Source of the DNA: Acidobacteriota bacterium
Lineage (GTDB): Bacteria > Acidobacteriota > Polarisedimenticolia > Polarisedimenticolales > JBBIHH01
Direction: 5' to 3'
NCBI GenBank assembly: GCA_037447115.1
Contig: JBBIHH010000013.1
Span: 18,772 to 82,771, forward strand
DNA: 64,000 nucleotides
This document shows positions 10,951 to 23,903 of the stretch, piece after piece. The notes under the pieces were generated by a model that saw only the letters and a program-made list of their open reading frames with translations, was not told the origin of the DNA and searched no databases. The stretch's first letter is position 1. Every line of letters starts with the position of its first letter. The position numbers were made by a program, and so were the translations under genes.

Positions 10951-10998
10951 TTGGCGCTCCCTGCGGGAACCGGCTACTGTAACACACACGGAGCGCCG

Positions 10999-12180
10999 AT
11001 GAACGCCGGCAGGGATCGGATCTACCTCGACCACAACGCCACGAGCCCCTTGCGTCCCGAGGCCCGCCACGCCTTGCTCGAGGCCCTGGACGTCGTGGAG
11101 GGCAACCCGTCCTCGCTGCACCGCGAGGGGCAGCGGGCCCGAGGGCTGCTGGAGCGTGCGCGCGAGCGCGTGGCGGCGCTGCTCGACGTGCCGCCCTCGT
11201 GGGTGGTGTTCACGAGCGGAGGCTCGGAGGCCATCGCCGCCGCGGTGCGGGGGGTGTGCGACCGGGCGCCGCGGGGGCGGAGAAGGATTCTCGTGGGGGC
11301 CGTGGAGCATTCGGCGGTGCTCGAGGCGGCGCGCCTCGCCGCGCAACGCGGCGGCTTCCACGTGGAGACCATTCCCTGCGACCGCGACGGCCGGGTGCAG
11401 GAGGACGTTTTCCTGGCCCGTCTGGGCGAGGACGTGGCCCTCGCCGCCCTGCAGTGGGCGAACAACGAGACGGGGGTCGTGCAGCCGGTGGAGCGCGTCG
11501 CCTCGGGCTGCCGCGACGCGGGGGTGCCCCTGCTCGTGGACGCCGTGCAGGCTGCGGGGAAGTTGCCCCTCGCGATGCGCGAGCTCGGGGCGGACTTGCT
11601 GGCGCTGTCGGCCCACAAGCTCGGCGGGCCCCAGGGTAGCGGAGCCTTGGTGCTGCGGGAGGGCCTGAGGCTCGCGCCGCTCATCGCGGGTGGCTCCCAG
11701 GAACGGCGCCGGCGCGGGGGCACCGAGGCCGTGGCGCTGGCCGCCGCCTTCGGTGCCGCCGCCGAAGCGGCGCAGCGGAGCCTGCGCGAGGAGTCCCAGC
11801 GACTGCTGCGGCTGCGGGTGCACATCGAGAGTCGCTTGCGGGAGGACTTCGATGGCGTGCGCATCCACGGGGACGGCGCGCCGAGGCTTCCGCAAACGGT
11901 GAACTTCGCTCTGCCGGGCGTGCCCGGGGAAGCCCTGGCCATCGCGCTCGACGTGGAAGGCTTCGCCGTCGCCACCGGCTCCGCGTGCGCTTCCGGGGCG
12001 GCGCGCCCCTCGCATGTCGTGCGAGCCATGGGTTACGCGGAAGAAGCCGCGCGCGAGGCCGTGCGGGTGTCGCTCGGCTGGAGCACGTCCCGCGAGGACG
12101 TGGAGCGCTTCCTCGAGGTGCTGCCCCGTGTTGTGGCCCGGGTGCGCCAGGGCCTGCGCCTCGCGCGGGAGGGACGGTGA
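10999..12180 (+). CDS. Cysteine desulfurase (IscS/NifS family)
   Basis: [24 protein letters not shown]; overlaps the start of mnmA. Confidence 0.92.
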   Translation: MNAGRDRIYLDHNATSPLRPEARHALLEALDVVEGNPSSLHREGQRARGLLERARERVAALLDVPPSWVVFTSGGSEAIAAAVRGVCDRAPRGRRRILVGAVEHSAVLEAARLAAQRGGFHVETIPCDRDGRVQEDVFLARLGEDVALAALQWANNETGVVQPVERVASGCRDAGVPLLVDAVQAAGKLPLAMRELGADLLALSAHKLGGPQGSGALVLREGLRLAPLIAGGSQERRRRGGTEAVALAAAFGAAAEAAQRSLREESQRLLRLRVHIESRLREDFDGVRIHGDGAPRLPQTVNFALPGVPGEALAIALDVEGFAVATGSACASGAARPSHVVRAMGYAEEAAREAVRVSLGWSTSREDVERFLEVLPRVVARVRQGLRLAREGR

Positions 12181-13295
12181 AGATGTCGGGCTTCGGGAGG
12201 CGGGAGGGCCGGGCCCTCACCGCGGTCGCCATGAGCGGAGGGGTGGACAGCTCCGTGGCCGCGCTCTTGCTCGCACGGCAGGGCCGCCCGCTCGTGGGGT
12301 TCTCGATGCAGCTCGTGGACCGCCTCGCCGGCGAGACGGAGCGTTACGGGCGCTGTTGCTCGCCGGACGATTTCCGCGATGCCCGCAGCGTCGCACAGGA
12401 CCTGGGCTTTCCGCACTACGTGCTCGACTTGGAGCGCGAGTTCCGGGAGCGCATCCTCGTGCCCCTCGCCCAGGACTACGCCGCGGGGCGCACCCCCTCG
12501 CCCTGCGTGCAATGCAACCGCTCGGTCAAGTTCGCCGCGTTGCTCGCCCGGGCGCGTGCGGTCGGGGCGGAGCGTCTGGCCACGGGGCACTACGCCATCC
12601 TGGAGCGCGACCGGCGTTCGGGGCGGACGCTGCTGCGCCGCGCCGCGGACGAGGACAAAGACCAGTCGTACTTCCTGTTCGATCTTTCCGAGGCCCAACG
12701 CCGTCGGGCCGAATTCCCCCTCGGCCGGTTGCGCAAGTCCGAAGTGCGCGCCATCGCGCGCGAGGCCGGGCTCGTCACGGCGCAGAAGCCCGAGTCCATG
12801 GACCTGTGCTTCGTCGCGCCCGGCGAAAGTTACCGCGACGTCCTGGCCCGCGCCGGTCTCCTCCGAGACGACGCACCGGGAGAGATCGTGGACACCGCGG
12901 GACGCCGGCTCGGCCGTCACGAGGGACTTGCCCGCTACACCGTGGGGCAGCGCCGCGGTCTGGGGGTGGCCGCCGGACGCCGGCTCTACGTGGTGGCGCT
13001 CGAGCCTCGCGCGCGACGGGTCGTCGTCGGCGAGGCGCAGGAGCTCGAGCGCGAAGGTTGCCTCGTGGAGCGCGTGCGCTGGATCCCCTTCGACCGTCCC
13101 GGCGGGGCGCTGCGCGCCACGGTCAAGATTCGCGCCGGCCATGCGGGCGTCGGCGCCAGGATCGAGCCCCTCGAAGAGGGCCGGGCCCGGGTCCTGTTCG
13201 ACGAGCCCCAGCGGGCGGTCACGCCGGGGCAGGCCGCGGTCTTCTACGACGGCGCGCTCGTGCTCGGCGGCGGCTGGATCGTCGGCGCCCTCTGA
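12177..13295 (+). CDS. mnmA: tRNA 2-thiouridine(34) synthase
   Basis: [40 protein letters not shown]. Confidence 0.96.
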   Translation: MKMSGFGRREGRALTAVAMSGGVDSSVAALLLARQGRPLVGFSMQLVDRLAGETERYGRCCSPDDFRDARSVAQDLGFPHYVLDLEREFRERILVPLAQDYAAGRTPSPCVQCNRSVKFAALLARARAVGAERLATGHYAILERDRRSGRTLLRRAADEDKDQSYFLFDLSEAQRRRAEFPLGRLRKSEVRAIAREAGLVTAQKPESMDLCFVAPGESYRDVLARAGLLRDDAPGEIVDTAGRRLGRHEGLARYTVGQRRGLGVAAGRRLYVVALEPRARRVVVGEAQELEREGCLVERVRWIPFDRPGGALRATVKIRAGHAGVGARIEPLEEGRARVLFDEPQRAVTPGQAAVFYDGALVLGGGWIVGAL

Positions 13296-13399
13296 GCAGC
13301 TATACTGCAGGCTTCTGCAACCGATCCGCCGGCCGGTGCGCCCGTGCGCCGGGCAGGGCGCGCCGTGTGGGCATGGCGAGGGCGAAGGAGGAGGCGCGC

Positions 13400-15550
13400 A
13401 TGAGAGCCGCTCGATGCATGCTCGGGCTCGCGGGGTACCTCGCGTTCTGTCCGGGGGTCGGCGCGGAGGAGAAGCACGTTTGGACACTGGAGCACGTCGC
13501 CGCGCTGCGTTCGGTGAGCGAAGCGGCGATGGCCCCGGACGGGTCGGCGGTGGCCTTCGTCCTTCAGGTGCCGCGCATCCCGTACAAGGACGAGGACGGC
13601 CCGGCGTGGCGGGAGCTGCACGTGGCGGAGGCAGCGAGGCAGGCCCGTCCCTACGTGGCCGGCAAGGTTTCGGTCGGCGACATCGCGTGGACCCCGGACA
13701 GCTCGGCCATCGTTTTCCTCGCCAAGCGCGAGGGCGACGAGCATCGCGCCGTGTACCTGATTCCCGTGCGCGGAGGCGAGGCGCAGCGCAAGGTAACCCA
13801 CGAGGAAGACATCGAGGCCTTCAGCCTGTCGCCCGATGGCCATCGGATCGCCTTCCTCGCGCGGCCCCCGCGGGACAAAAAGAAGAAGAAGCTGGAGGAG
13901 AAGGGTTTTCGCGTCGAGGTCTACGAGGAGGACTGGCGCCCGGTGAAGGTCTACATCGCCTCGCTGGACGATGCGGCGGCGAAGCCGCGGGTGCTCGACC
14001 TTCCCGGCTCGGCCTCGGAGCTTCACTGGAGCCCCGTGGATGACCGCCTCGTCGTGGCTTTGGCCCCGACGCCGCTCATCGACGACCACTACATGCGCCG
14101 CAAGGTCCACGTCGTGGACGCCGGCAGCGGCCGTGTGCTCGCCCGCCTGGACAACCCCGGGAAGCTCGGTCCCGTCGCGTGGTCGCCCGACGGCCGTTCC
14201 CTGGCATTCATCTCCGCCGCCGACCTCCACGATCCCAGGGAAGGCCGCCTCGTCGTCGCCTCCGCCTCGGGGGGCCCGTTGACGGACGTGCTGCCAGGTT
14301 TCGCGGGCCACGTCATCGCCTTCGCCTGGCAGGACGCGGACACGCTGCTCTACGTCGGCCACGAGGGGGTGGGAAGCGTCTTCGGAGAAGTGCGCCGCGA
14401 CGGCAGCGCGCGCAAGACGATCGTGGCCGCGGGCGAACCCATCCTGAACTCCCTCAGCCTGAGCCGCGACGGGCGGCGGGCGGCGTTCGTCGCCGACAGC
14501 CCTGCGCATCCGGCGGAACTCTACGTCATGGCCCACGGGGATCGCGCCCCGGCGCGGTGGACGACGACGAATCCCGAGGCCGAGTCCCTGCGACGCGCCC
14601 TCCAGGAAGTCGTCCGCTATCGCGCGCGCGACGGGCTCGAAATCGAAGGGCTCTTGATCCGACCCCTCGATGCGCGCGCGGGCCAGCGCTACCCCCTGAT
14701 CCTCGTCGTCCACGGCGGGCCCGAGGCGCACTACTCCAACGGCTGGCTGACTTCTTATGCCGCGCCCGGTCAGGTGGCGGCGGCGCGCGGCTTCGCGGTG
14801 TTCTACCCCAACTACCGCGGGAGCACCGGTCGCGGGGTCGCCTTCTCCAAACTGCACCAGGGCGACTACGCGGGCCGCGAGTTCGACGATCTCGTGGACG
14901 GTGTGGACTACCTCGTGGCCCAGGGGCTCGTGGACGCCAAGCGTGTGGGCGTCACCGGGGGCTCCTACGGCGGCTTCGCCACGGCCTGGTGCGCGACCCG
15001 TTACAGCGAGAGGTTCGCCGCGGCAGTGATGTTCGTGGGCATCGCCGATCACGTCTCCAAGGCCGGCACGACCGACATCCCCTGGGAGATGTACCTCGTC
15101 CACGCTCGGCGCTGGCCGTGGGAAGCGTGGGACTGGTTCCGCGAGCGCAGCCCCCTCTACCACGTGGAGCAGGCGCGCACCCCGATCCTGATCGCGCACG
15201 GCAAGGAGGACCCCCGGGTGCACCCGAGCCAATCCCTGGCGCTCTACCGCTACCTCAAGGTCCTCGAGCGCACGCCCGTGCGCCTCGTCTTCTACCCCGG
15301 CGAGGGTCACGGCAACCGGCGCGCCGCCACGCGCTACGATTTCTCGCGGCGCTTGATGCAGTGGATGGAGCACTACCTCCAGGGCCCCGGCGGCGCGCCG
15401 CCGCCCTACGAGCTCGAACTCGACCTCCGGGCCCTGGGCGTCGAGGAAGAAGGCGAAGAAGAAGAAAATCCCCAACGAGAACAGGATCCACGAGAGGCCG
15501 CCGCGGCGGGGCCGGGCCAGCGAGCCCCAGCGGCGCCAGCGCGCCGTTGA
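13400..15550 (+). CDS. Secreted S9-family peptidase (beta-propeller + alpha/beta hydrolase)
   Basis: GGAGGAGG RBS, signal peptide, SPDG repeats, HGGP, GGSYGG nucleophile, DPRV, EGHG. Confidence 0.93.
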   Translation: MRAARCMLGLAGYLAFCPGVGAEEKHVWTLEHVAALRSVSEAAMAPDGSAVAFVLQVPRIPYKDEDGPAWRELHVAEAARQARPYVAGKVSVGDIAWTPDSSAIVFLAKREGDEHRAVYLIPVRGGEAQRKVTHEEDIEAFSLSPDGHRIAFLARPPRDKKKKKLEEKGFRVEVYEEDWRPVKVYIASLDDAAAKPRVLDLPGSASELHWSPVDDRLVVALAPTPLIDDHYMRRKVHVVDAGSGRVLARLDNPGKLGPVAWSPDGRSLAFISAADLHDPREGRLVVASASGGPLTDVLPGFAGHVIAFAWQDADTLLYVGHEGVGSVFGEVRRDGSARKTIVAAGEPILNSLSLSRDGRRAAFVADSPAHPAELYVMAHGDRAPARWTTTNPEAESLRRALQEVVRYRARDGLEIEGLLIRPLDARAGQRYPLILVVHGGPEAHYSNGWLTSYAAPGQVAAARGFAVFYPNYRGSTGRGVAFSKLHQGDYAGREFDDLVDGVDYLVAQGLVDAKRVGVTGGSYGGFATAWCATRYSERFAAAVMFVGIADHVSKAGTTDIPWEMYLVHARRWPWEAWDWFRERSPLYHVEQARTPILIAHGKEDPRVHPSQSLALYRYLKVLERTPVRLVFYPGEGHGNRRAATRYDFSRRLMQWMEHYLQGPGGAPPPYELELDLRALGVEEEGEEEENPQREQDPREAAAAGPGQRAPAAPARR

Positions 15551-15698
15551 GACGCTAGCCGGCGCCAGGTCTCGCGCTTCGGGTCGGTGCCGCGCCAGGT
15601 CATCGCGCTTACGAAAGTGGCATCGGCACGCCGCCGCGCGCGCAGTCTTGCCTTTCCGGGTGGGCGGGGCCAATTTTATGTGCGGAGGTGTGCAGGCG

Positions 15699-16187
15699 AT
15701 GGTTTTCGTGGTGCGGTCCAGAGGCCGGGGCGCTCGAGCGCGCTCGAGCGAGGCCGGCTTCTCGCTCGTGGAGCTGCTCGTGGTTCTGGTCATTCTGTCG
15801 CTCGTGCTCGGCTTGGCCATGCAGACGGCCCTCTACGCCTTCGATGTCTCGCGCGCCGGGCACACGTTCGGGAATATCCGCGGCCTGGCGACCCTGCTGC
15901 TCGCGTACCAGTCGAGCGAGGGCACGCTACCCGGCGACGGATCGCTCCAGCCCGTGACCGCCATCGAGGCCGACCTCGAGCGGCTCGGGGCACCGGTGCC
16001 GAAGCTCGACGGTTGGGGCAACCCGCTCTACTACCAGCGCCTCAGCGGCGCGAACGGCGTGACGTTCCGCATCTACTCCTACGGCAAGGACCACACGCCC
16101 GACGGCACCACGGTGACGGGCGTATGGGTGGATTTCTACAGCGACATCGTCAACCAGGGCGGCAGCTTCATCCAGGGGAAGTGGTAG
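15699..16187 (+). CDS. Type IV pilin/GspG-like prepilin protein
   Basis: GFSLVELLVV cleavage motif; DGWGNPLYY..IYSYGKD GspG-like C-terminus. Confidence 0.85.
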   Translation: MVFVVRSRGRGARARSSEAGFSLVELLVVLVILSLVLGLAMQTALYAFDVSRAGHTFGNIRGLATLLLAYQSSEGTLPGDGSLQPVTAIEADLERLGAPVPKLDGWGNPLYYQRLSGANGVTFRIYSYGKDHTPDGTTVTGVWVDFYSDIVNQGGSFIQGKW

Positions 16188-16190
16188 GCC

Positions 16191-16727
16191 ATGGCGGGCC
16201 AGCTCAATCCAGCCACGGAGGCTCGCTACCTGGAGCTGCTCGGCCTCGCCCCCGGCGCGACGCGCGAGGCTCTCGACGCCGCTTACTACCTCGCCCTGGG
16301 CAATCTCCCGCAGCATCCGACCGAGGAGGATCTCGCGCGCCAGCAGCGTCTGCACCACGCCTACGCCGTGCTGCGGCGGATCTACAAGGCGCGGGAGGGG
16401 CAGCGCAGTTTCGGCGTGCGCCGGGCGCGGTGGGCGGCCGTCGCCCTCTTCGCGGCGGCGGGGGCGCTGGGGAGCGGACTGCTCTGGAGCTGGCCGGACT
16501 TGCGCCTGCGCCTCGTGCACTACGAGCCGGGGACCGTTTTGGGCTGGAAGCACGCGCGCGCGCCCTACGCCGTCGTCGTGGGCTACGAGCGCGCCCGCCG
16601 CTTCGCCACGGGTCGCGCCGCTCCCGCCTACGAGCTGCGGCTCGTGGAGAACGGGCAGACCGTGTGGCTCAGCGAGCGAGTCGTCGAGAAAGGCATGGCG
16701 CGTATCGAGCCCGCGCAGAGCGGCACT

Positions 16728-16736
<9 letters not shown>
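16191..16736 (+). CDS. Membrane protein with a degenerate J-domain-like N-terminus
   Basis: [20 protein letters not shown]...HPT...AYAVL, then one TM helix. Confidence 0.6.
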
Positions 16737-19649
<2,913 letters not shown>

Positions 19650-19801
19650 CGTAGGGGCTCCTTGGCCGCGCTCCGAATGAAGGCTCAGGGTAGCGGGCCA
19701 CCGCAGCCTCGGCAATGCCGCCTGCGCCCCGATGGCCGCGCGAGGTGCGGGGCCCTATATTCTGCCACGGCCTGCGAGGGACCCCGAGGAGCGGCGCCGT
19801 C

Positions 19802-21499
19802 GTGCACTGCAACGTGCTTTTGGTGTCCAGCTTCGCCCCGGGCCGCGAGGAGCTCGCGGCGGCGTTGCGTCGGCGAGGCTGCAACGTGCTCTTCGCCACC
19901 GGCGAGGCGGAGGCCATCCGTCTCGGGCGCAGCGTCAGCCTGGACGGCGTGCTGATCGAGTCCTCGAATCCCGACGCTTCGGTCAAACGCCTGCGCGAGA
20001 AACTTCTCCGGCAACGCCCAGGCCGGCCCGTGCTCGTCGTCACGAGCTTCGCCGCGGTGCGCCAGAGCCTCGAGCTTCTCCAGTTCGGCCAGGGCGACTA
20101 CCTGATCCAGGCCGAGCAGCTGGCGGAGGCGATGGTGCCGCGCACGGAGGCGCCGGCCGGTACGGCCGGCGCACCCGAGCGCGCCGTGCGCGCCCTGGTC
20201 CAGGTGCTCGACCTGCTCGTGGGGCTTCTGGAGGTGGACGACCGCTTCTTCGGCGGGTTCTCGCACCAGGTCACGCGCCTGACCCGTGCCGTGGCGGAGG
20301 AAATGGGGCTCGACGACGCCGCCGTGCAGGAGATCACGATCGCCACGCTGCTGCGGGACCTCGGGAAGGCGGGAGTGGATCACGCGGTGCTGCTCGAACC
20401 GAGTGCGTTCACCGCCGAGCAGGCGGAGCAGATGCAGAAGCACGTCGAGGGGAGCGTGCGCCTGCTCGAGCACATCGATTTTCCGTGGAAGGTCTTGCCC
20501 ATCATCCGGCACCATCACGAACGCTACGACGGGCGGGGTTACCCCGATGGGTTGAAGGGACGGGAGATCCCCCTCGGGGCGCGGATCATCTCGGTGGTCG
20601 AGGCCTACATGGCCATGCTCTCCGACCGGCCGCACCGCGCGGCGTTCGCGCCCCAACATGCCCTGGCGGAGCTGGAGCGCCATGCCGGGACGCAGTTCGA
20701 TCCCGAGGTGGTTGAGGTGTTGATCCGCGTCGTGCACAAATTCCACAGGCATTCCCGGAGCGCGCAGAAACCGCGGGTGCTGTTGGCGGAGCCGCAGGGC
20801 GAGTTCCGGCGCCTGCTCAAGATGCGGCTGCTCAACGAGGGCTTCGAGGTCGTGACCGCGACCACCGTCGAGGAAGCGCTGGCGCTCGTGCGCGACGCGG
20901 AGCCCGAATGCCTCCTAGCGGACGCCGAGCTTCCCGGGGGAGGGCCCCTGGAGCTGCTGCGGCGGGTGCGCGACGAGCGGGCGTGGGCCGCGCTGCCGGT
21001 GTTGGTGTTGAGCGAGGCGGAGGATCGCCTGCTGAAGCTGCGGGCCTTGCGTCTGGGCGCGGACGACTGGCTGCTGAAGACGGAAGACCTGGAGGAGCTC
21101 GTGGCGCGCGTGGAGAACATCCTGGCGCGGGAGGCCGTGCGGCGCGGCGAAGGCGAGCCGCCGGCGCCTCGCGGGATCACGGGAGACCTGGAGAACCTTC
21201 CGCTCCCCGATATCGTGCAGGTGCTCACGATCGGCATGAAGACCGCGCGCGTGACGCTCGTGCGAGGCGAGGCCCGGGCTCGCCTGTGGTTCCAGCAGGG
21301 ACGGCTCGTCCACGCCGAACTCGGTGCGGTCCGCGGCGAGCAGGCCTTCTATGCCGTCGCCCGCTGGCAACGGGGCCGCTTCGCCATCGAGCACAACGTG
21401 GACTGCCCCGAGGTCACCATCGAGCAGGACGCGATGTATCTGCTCATGGAGGCGCTGCGGCGGATGGACGAGGAGTCGGCCGGCGCTGCTGCATCGTGA
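19802..21499 (+). CDS. Signalling protein: atypical REC + HD-GYP-like + REC + DUF4388
   Basis: HHHERYDGRGYPDGL and GTQFDP; second receiver domain; C-terminal ITGDLENLPLPDIVQ (DUF4388-like). Confidence 0.85.
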   Translation: MHCNVLLVSSFAPGREELAAALRRRGCNVLFATGEAEAIRLGRSVSLDGVLIESSNPDASVKRLREKLLRQRPGRPVLVVTSFAAVRQSLELLQFGQGDYLIQAEQLAEAMVPRTEAPAGTAGAPERAVRALVQVLDLLVGLLEVDDRFFGGFSHQVTRLTRAVAEEMGLDDAAVQEITIATLLRDLGKAGVDHAVLLEPSAFTAEQAEQMQKHVEGSVRLLEHIDFPWKVLPIIRHHHERYDGRGYPDGLKGREIPLGARIISVVEAYMAMLSDRPHRAAFAPQHALAELERHAGTQFDPEVVEVLIRVVHKFHRHSRSAQKPRVLLAEPQGEFRRLLKMRLLNEGFEVVTATTVEEALALVRDAEPECLLADAELPGGGPLELLRRVRDERAWAALPVLVLSEAEDRLLKLRALRLGADDWLLKTEDLEELVARVENILAREAVRRGEGEPPAPRGITGDLENLPLPDIVQVLTIGMKTARVTLVRGEARARLWFQQGRLVHAELGAVRGEQAFYAVARWQRGRFAIEHNVDCPEVTIEQDAMYLLMEALRRMDEESAGAAAS

Positions 21500-21671
21500 G
21501 GCCCGACCCCGGGGTTGCGCGGGCCGGATGCGGCGCCCCCGCGGATCGTCACCTGGGACTCTCTCGCCGAGGCCCGGGCGCCACCGCCAGGGCTTTTCTC
21601 TCCGGCGCGGTGTGGTGCTATGCTAGGGGCGCCCGGGGACGGGCCCCGCGCGGACGGTCGAGGGCGATCGA

Positions 21672-21747
21672 GCGGGAATAGCTCAGTTGGTAGAGCATCA
21701 GCTTCCCAAGCTGAGGGTCGCGGGTTCGAATCCCGTTTCCCGCTCCA
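21672..21747 (+). tRNA. tRNA-Gly (anticodon CCC)
   Basis: GCGGGAA acceptor stem, TCAGC-TTCCCAA-GCTGA anticodon arm, GTTCGAA T-loop, encoded CCA; extended -10 TGCTATGCT at 21616-21624. Confidence 0.97.
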
Positions 21748-22139
21748 CTTTCTTCCCTCCTTGGACTGCCAGCTTCGAGGACCCCTGAAGGGGCGCGGAC
21801 CAGCTCGGGATTCGACGCGAGAGGAAGCCGCCCTGGCGGGCGGGCATCGGTCGCCCGCCCGCTTCGCTCGCCTCCGCGCCCGCTGCACCATCCGCGCCCA
21901 GCCAAGCTCGCCCCCTGCCGAAGGTCCGGAATAGACGGAAAACGCGCCCTCGGTAACGCAGCCGGTCGAGGGCTTCCGATTGCCCGTCGCCGAGACCCCG
22001 TGGTACTTTTCCGCAGGATCGTCGTGCAGGCGTTTGTCGCGACGCGCACGAAACACGCGAGCGCCGCCGTTGCGGACCCGGGGGGTGCACGGCGCCGGGG
22101 CCCGCACACCGCACTCCGCTACGGGCAAGGAGACGGATC

Positions 22140-22532
22140 GTGACCCGCCGGCAGCAGATCCTGGTCGTGGACGACGACCCCGACATCCGCGAGCTGGCGC
22201 GCACCGTCTTGGGCGCCGCGGGTTATGCCATCGAGACGGCGGCGAACGGCCGCGAGGCGCTCGAACGGCTGGCCGAGAGGGCGTGGGACCTCGTGCTGCT
22301 GGACATCCAGATGCCCGAGCTCAGCGGGTGGGAAACCCTGCGCCTGATGAAAACCGACGAGCGCTTCGGCTCCGTACCTGTCGCGATGTTCTCTGTCAGG
22401 GGCGAAGTGCACGACAGGCTGTTCGGCTTGCAGGAGGGAGCGGTGGATTACATCACGAAGCCCTTCGTCGTCGACGAGCTCGTGGCGCGCGTGCGGCGGT
22501 TGCTCGGGACTGCGGCAGGGCCGACCCGCTGA
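22140..22532 (+). CDS. Single-domain response regulator
   Basis: ILVVDDD, LLDIQMP, YITKPF. Confidence 0.92.
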   Translation: MTRRQQILVVDDDPDIRELARTVLGAAGYAIETAANGREALERLAERAWDLVLLDIQMPELSGWETLRLMKTDERFGSVPVAMFSVRGEVHDRLFGLQEGAVDYITKPFVVDELVARVRRLLGTAAGPTR

Positions 22533-22539
22533 GGTTTCG

Positions 22540-23847
22540 ATGGAAGAACCCCCGCGCACGCCTGACCCGCCGCTGACGCAGACGCTCAAGCTGCGCCGGG
22601 CGCTCTACGACCGTACCACGGGGCTTCCGGCGCTGTCGCTGTTGTTCGATCCCCTGTCGCTCCTGCTGGAGCGGCACGGCCGGGCCGGGGTGATCCATGT
22701 GGAGGTCACCCAACTGCGCCTGATCGAGGCCCTCCACGGCTGGCAAGCGCTCGACCGCATCCTGAGCGCGCTGAGCGAGCGGCTGCGCCGGTTTGTTGAC
22801 GAGGCCCTCCCCCAGGGCTCGCTCGTGGGCGTGCACGAGATCGGGGGCGAGCGCTTCGTGGCCTTCACTCCCCCCGCGCCCGAAGGACAGGCCCAGCCTC
22901 CCCTGGCGGAGACCGCCGAAGCTCTGGCGCGGGAGCTCCAGCAGGTTCTCGCCCAGCACGAGCCCGTCGGCTTCGGTCCGCGGCCGTGCGCCTTCGTGGG
23001 GCACGCCTGGCTGTGGCGCGACCCGTTCTATCGGTTCGAGCGCCAGGTCTACGCCGTGCTCGAGGAGGCACGCCGCTCGGTGGAGGTGCGCGAGCGTGCG
23101 AAGGAGCAGCTCTGGGGCGCGCAACTGCGGCGCATCGTCCATGAGCGGTCGATCCGCACGGTGTTCCAGCCCGTGGTGGACCTGCTCACCGGCGGCATCC
23201 TCGGCTTCGAGGCCCTGGCGCGCGGCCCGCAGGACACGGATCTCGAGGCTCCGGGTCCCCTGTTCGCCCTCTCGAGCCGCATGGGTCTCGAACTCGACCT
23301 GGATCGCGTGTGCCGCGAGCTGGCCCTCGACGCCTGGGGCCGCCAGCGTCCCGCCGGAAAAGTCTTCGTCAACGCCTCGCCGGCAGGCCTGGCCGACCCG
23401 GCCTGGTTGCGGGAGGTGCCGCAGCGGCTGGCGGAAGCCGCCCTGACGGCGGCGGATCTCGTGATCGAGATCTCGGAGCGCATCGTGCATGCCGACCTCA
23501 CCCATCTGGAGCGGGTCGTCGAGGCGCTGCGAGGCCAGGGCTTCGCCGTGGCCCTCGACGACGTGGGCACGGGTTACGGGACGATCGCCACCCTCGAGCG
23601 CGTGCACCCGGAGTTCATCAAGCTCGACCGGAGCTTGATCCAGGGGATCGAGCAGAGCTTCATCAAACAGGAGCTGCTCGCCTCGCTGGTGCAGATCGGG
23701 CATCGCCTCGGGGCCTGCCTCATCGCCGAGGGCATCGAGAGCGAGGCGCAAGTTGCCGCCGTGCGGGCCGCGGGGGCTCGCTACGGTCAGGGGTTCTGGT
23801 TCGCGAGGCCCAGCGCCTGCCTCGCGGGTGGCGGAGGAGCGGCCTGA
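22540..23847 (+). CDS. EAL-domain c-di-GMP phosphodiesterase with degenerate GGDEF domain
   Basis: FQPVV, FEALARG, EISE, DDVGTGY, IKLDRS, AEGIE, GQGF; N-terminal YDRTTGLP...GGERF. Confidence 0.9.
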   Translation: MEEPPRTPDPPLTQTLKLRRALYDRTTGLPALSLLFDPLSLLLERHGRAGVIHVEVTQLRLIEALHGWQALDRILSALSERLRRFVDEALPQGSLVGVHEIGGERFVAFTPPAPEGQAQPPLAETAEALARELQQVLAQHEPVGFGPRPCAFVGHAWLWRDPFYRFERQVYAVLEEARRSVEVRERAKEQLWGAQLRRIVHERSIRTVFQPVVDLLTGGILGFEALARGPQDTDLEAPGPLFALSSRMGLELDLDRVCRELALDAWGRQRPAGKVFVNASPAGLADPAWLREVPQRLAEAALTAADLVIEISERIVHADLTHLERVVEALRGQGFAVALDDVGTGYGTIATLERVHPEFIKLDRSLIQGIEQSFIKQELLASLVQIGHRLGACLIAEGIESEAQVAAVRAAGARYGQGFWFARPSACLAGGGGAA

Positions 23848-23903
23848 GTCGTCCGAGACGGAGCGGGCGTCGAACCGGAGACTCGGGCGCCGGGGATGGG
23901 ATC

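Noticed and set aside
10951-10998. T-box leader for ileS
   Set aside because: The intergenic space is only 48 nt and has no T-box consensus.
19650-19800. Glycine riboswitch upstream of gcvP (also checked before gcvT)
   Set aside because: No GGAGA...CCGAAG...CTCTCAGG pattern. Separation of gcvP from gcvT/H is common and not notable.
21790-21820. GGGGCG...GGATTCGAC resembling a tmRNA 5' end
   Set aside because: Spacing is too long, and no tag ORF or matching 3' T-arm/CCA end was found.
21748-22139. Possible integrated element at the tRNA-Gly 3' end
   Set aside because: No integrase, no duplicated tRNA 3' end and no visible composition shift in the window.
21349-22204. ORFs overlapping tRNA-Gly on both strands
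   Set aside because: Translations of the tRNA and the intergenic region, Arg/Pro/Ala-rich, with no RBS or domain.
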